The translations under genes and the position numbers were made by a program. A DNA stretch of 24,000 nt, taken from positions 72,235-96,234 of the forward strand of contig NZ_SLWV01000011.1 in assembly GCF_004345705.1 (NCBI RefSeq), in the 5' to 3' direction. The DNA is from Marinisporobacter balticus (lineage in GTDB: Bacteria > Bacillota > Clostridia > Peptostreptococcales > Thermotaleaceae). The number at the start of each line of letters is the position of its first letter. Within the stretch, counting starts at the first letter, position 1. Below are positions 23,646-24,000 of the stretch, in pieces. Below the pieces are notes generated by a model that had not been told where the DNA came from, made no database searches, and saw nothing but the letters and a program-made list of their open reading frames with translations.

Positions 23646-24000
23646 TTATTCTATAATGGTGAGTACTTCTTCTACTGATTTTCTAGGAGGACTTTTTATT
23701 TCTCCACTAGGAACACCAAGCGGAAGCATTGCTGAAAGGAAATATTCATCCTTTTGGAAGCCAATAAAATCGGAGATTTCTTTTGCTGCATAGTTTGAAC
23801 TTGTCATCCAGCAAGTACCATATCCCATATTTGTTGCAGCAAGTATTAAGTTTTCTATGGCAGCGCCGATGTTTTGAATCGCAGGATTGGTTCTTAAGAG
23901 ATTATGTATTTCTTCAGTAGAAGCACCTATTTCTTCTAATATATTAATACCAGTAGGTTTATAAGAATCTTCTGTATATACAAGAATCAATGCAGGTGCA
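23646..24000 (-). CDS. nitroreductase-family protein, C-terminal part (start lies beyond window end)
   Basis: The frame is open to the window edge. QNIGAAIENLILAATNMGYGTCWM...LPLG.P matches the C-terminal half of the nitroreductase fold. Confidence 0.7.
   Translation of the reverse strand, partial: APALILVYTEDSYKPTGINILEEIGASTEEIHNLLRTNPAIQNIGAAIENLILAATNMGYGTCWMTSSNYAAKEISDFIGFQKDEYFLSAMLPLGVPSGEIKSPPRKSVEEVLTIIE

Noticed and set aside
1-24000. Looked for CRISPR arrays, long tandem or terminal inverted repeats, transposase/integrase/phage genes, tRNA and rRNA.
   Set aside because: No regularly spaced direct repeats were seen, no recombinase-like ORFs, and no tRNA- or rRNA-like conserved sequence. 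The gene content looks like core metabolic and housekeeping chromosome rather than an island.

Overview
The window looks like a low-GC, Clostridia-type Firmicute chromosome segment. It is densely coded, with about 30 genes in short operons separated by clear hairpin terminators. I saw no rRNA, tRNA, CRISPR array, transposase, integrase or phage genes. All family assignments come from reading motifs by eye, because no database search was possible.

Gene order, left to right:
- 3' end of a class-III aminotransferase.
- A small two-TM protein translationally coupled to a YbjQ/UPF0145 protein.
- A three-gene MacB-type ABC module: ATPase, a 662-aa secreted and membrane-anchored protein with five Ig-like repeats, and an FtsX permease.
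- An eight-gene block (about 5.55-10.45 kb) of metallocluster-handling genes: Mrp/NBP35 ATPase, NifX/NifB-like protein, two MinD-type P-loop ATPases with inserted 2x[4Fe-4S] ferredoxin domains, a second NifX-like protein with a CEEHHHH tail, a Fur-family regulator, a DUF134 regulator with a Cys-rich tail, and a GlpE-like rhodanese.
- recX and an alpha/beta-hydrolase esterase.
- Convergent psuG plus an HTH-fused pseudouridine-kinase-like gene.
- An XRE-cupin regulator, a glycyl-radical activase, a glycyl-radical enzyme that looks like trans-4-hydroxy-L-proline dehydratase (HypD), and proC.
- On the minus strand, a SAM-I (S-box) riboswitch-controlled metNIQ operon with a trailing small acidic ORF.
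- A YerC/YecD TrpR-like gene.
- A nitroreductase and flavin reductase pair running off the right edge.

The most interesting candidate for an uncharacterised system is the Mrp/NifX-like/MinD-ferredoxin/Fur/DUF134/rhodanese block, which has no nitrogenase genes near it. The second is the ABC module with the multi-Ig surface protein.
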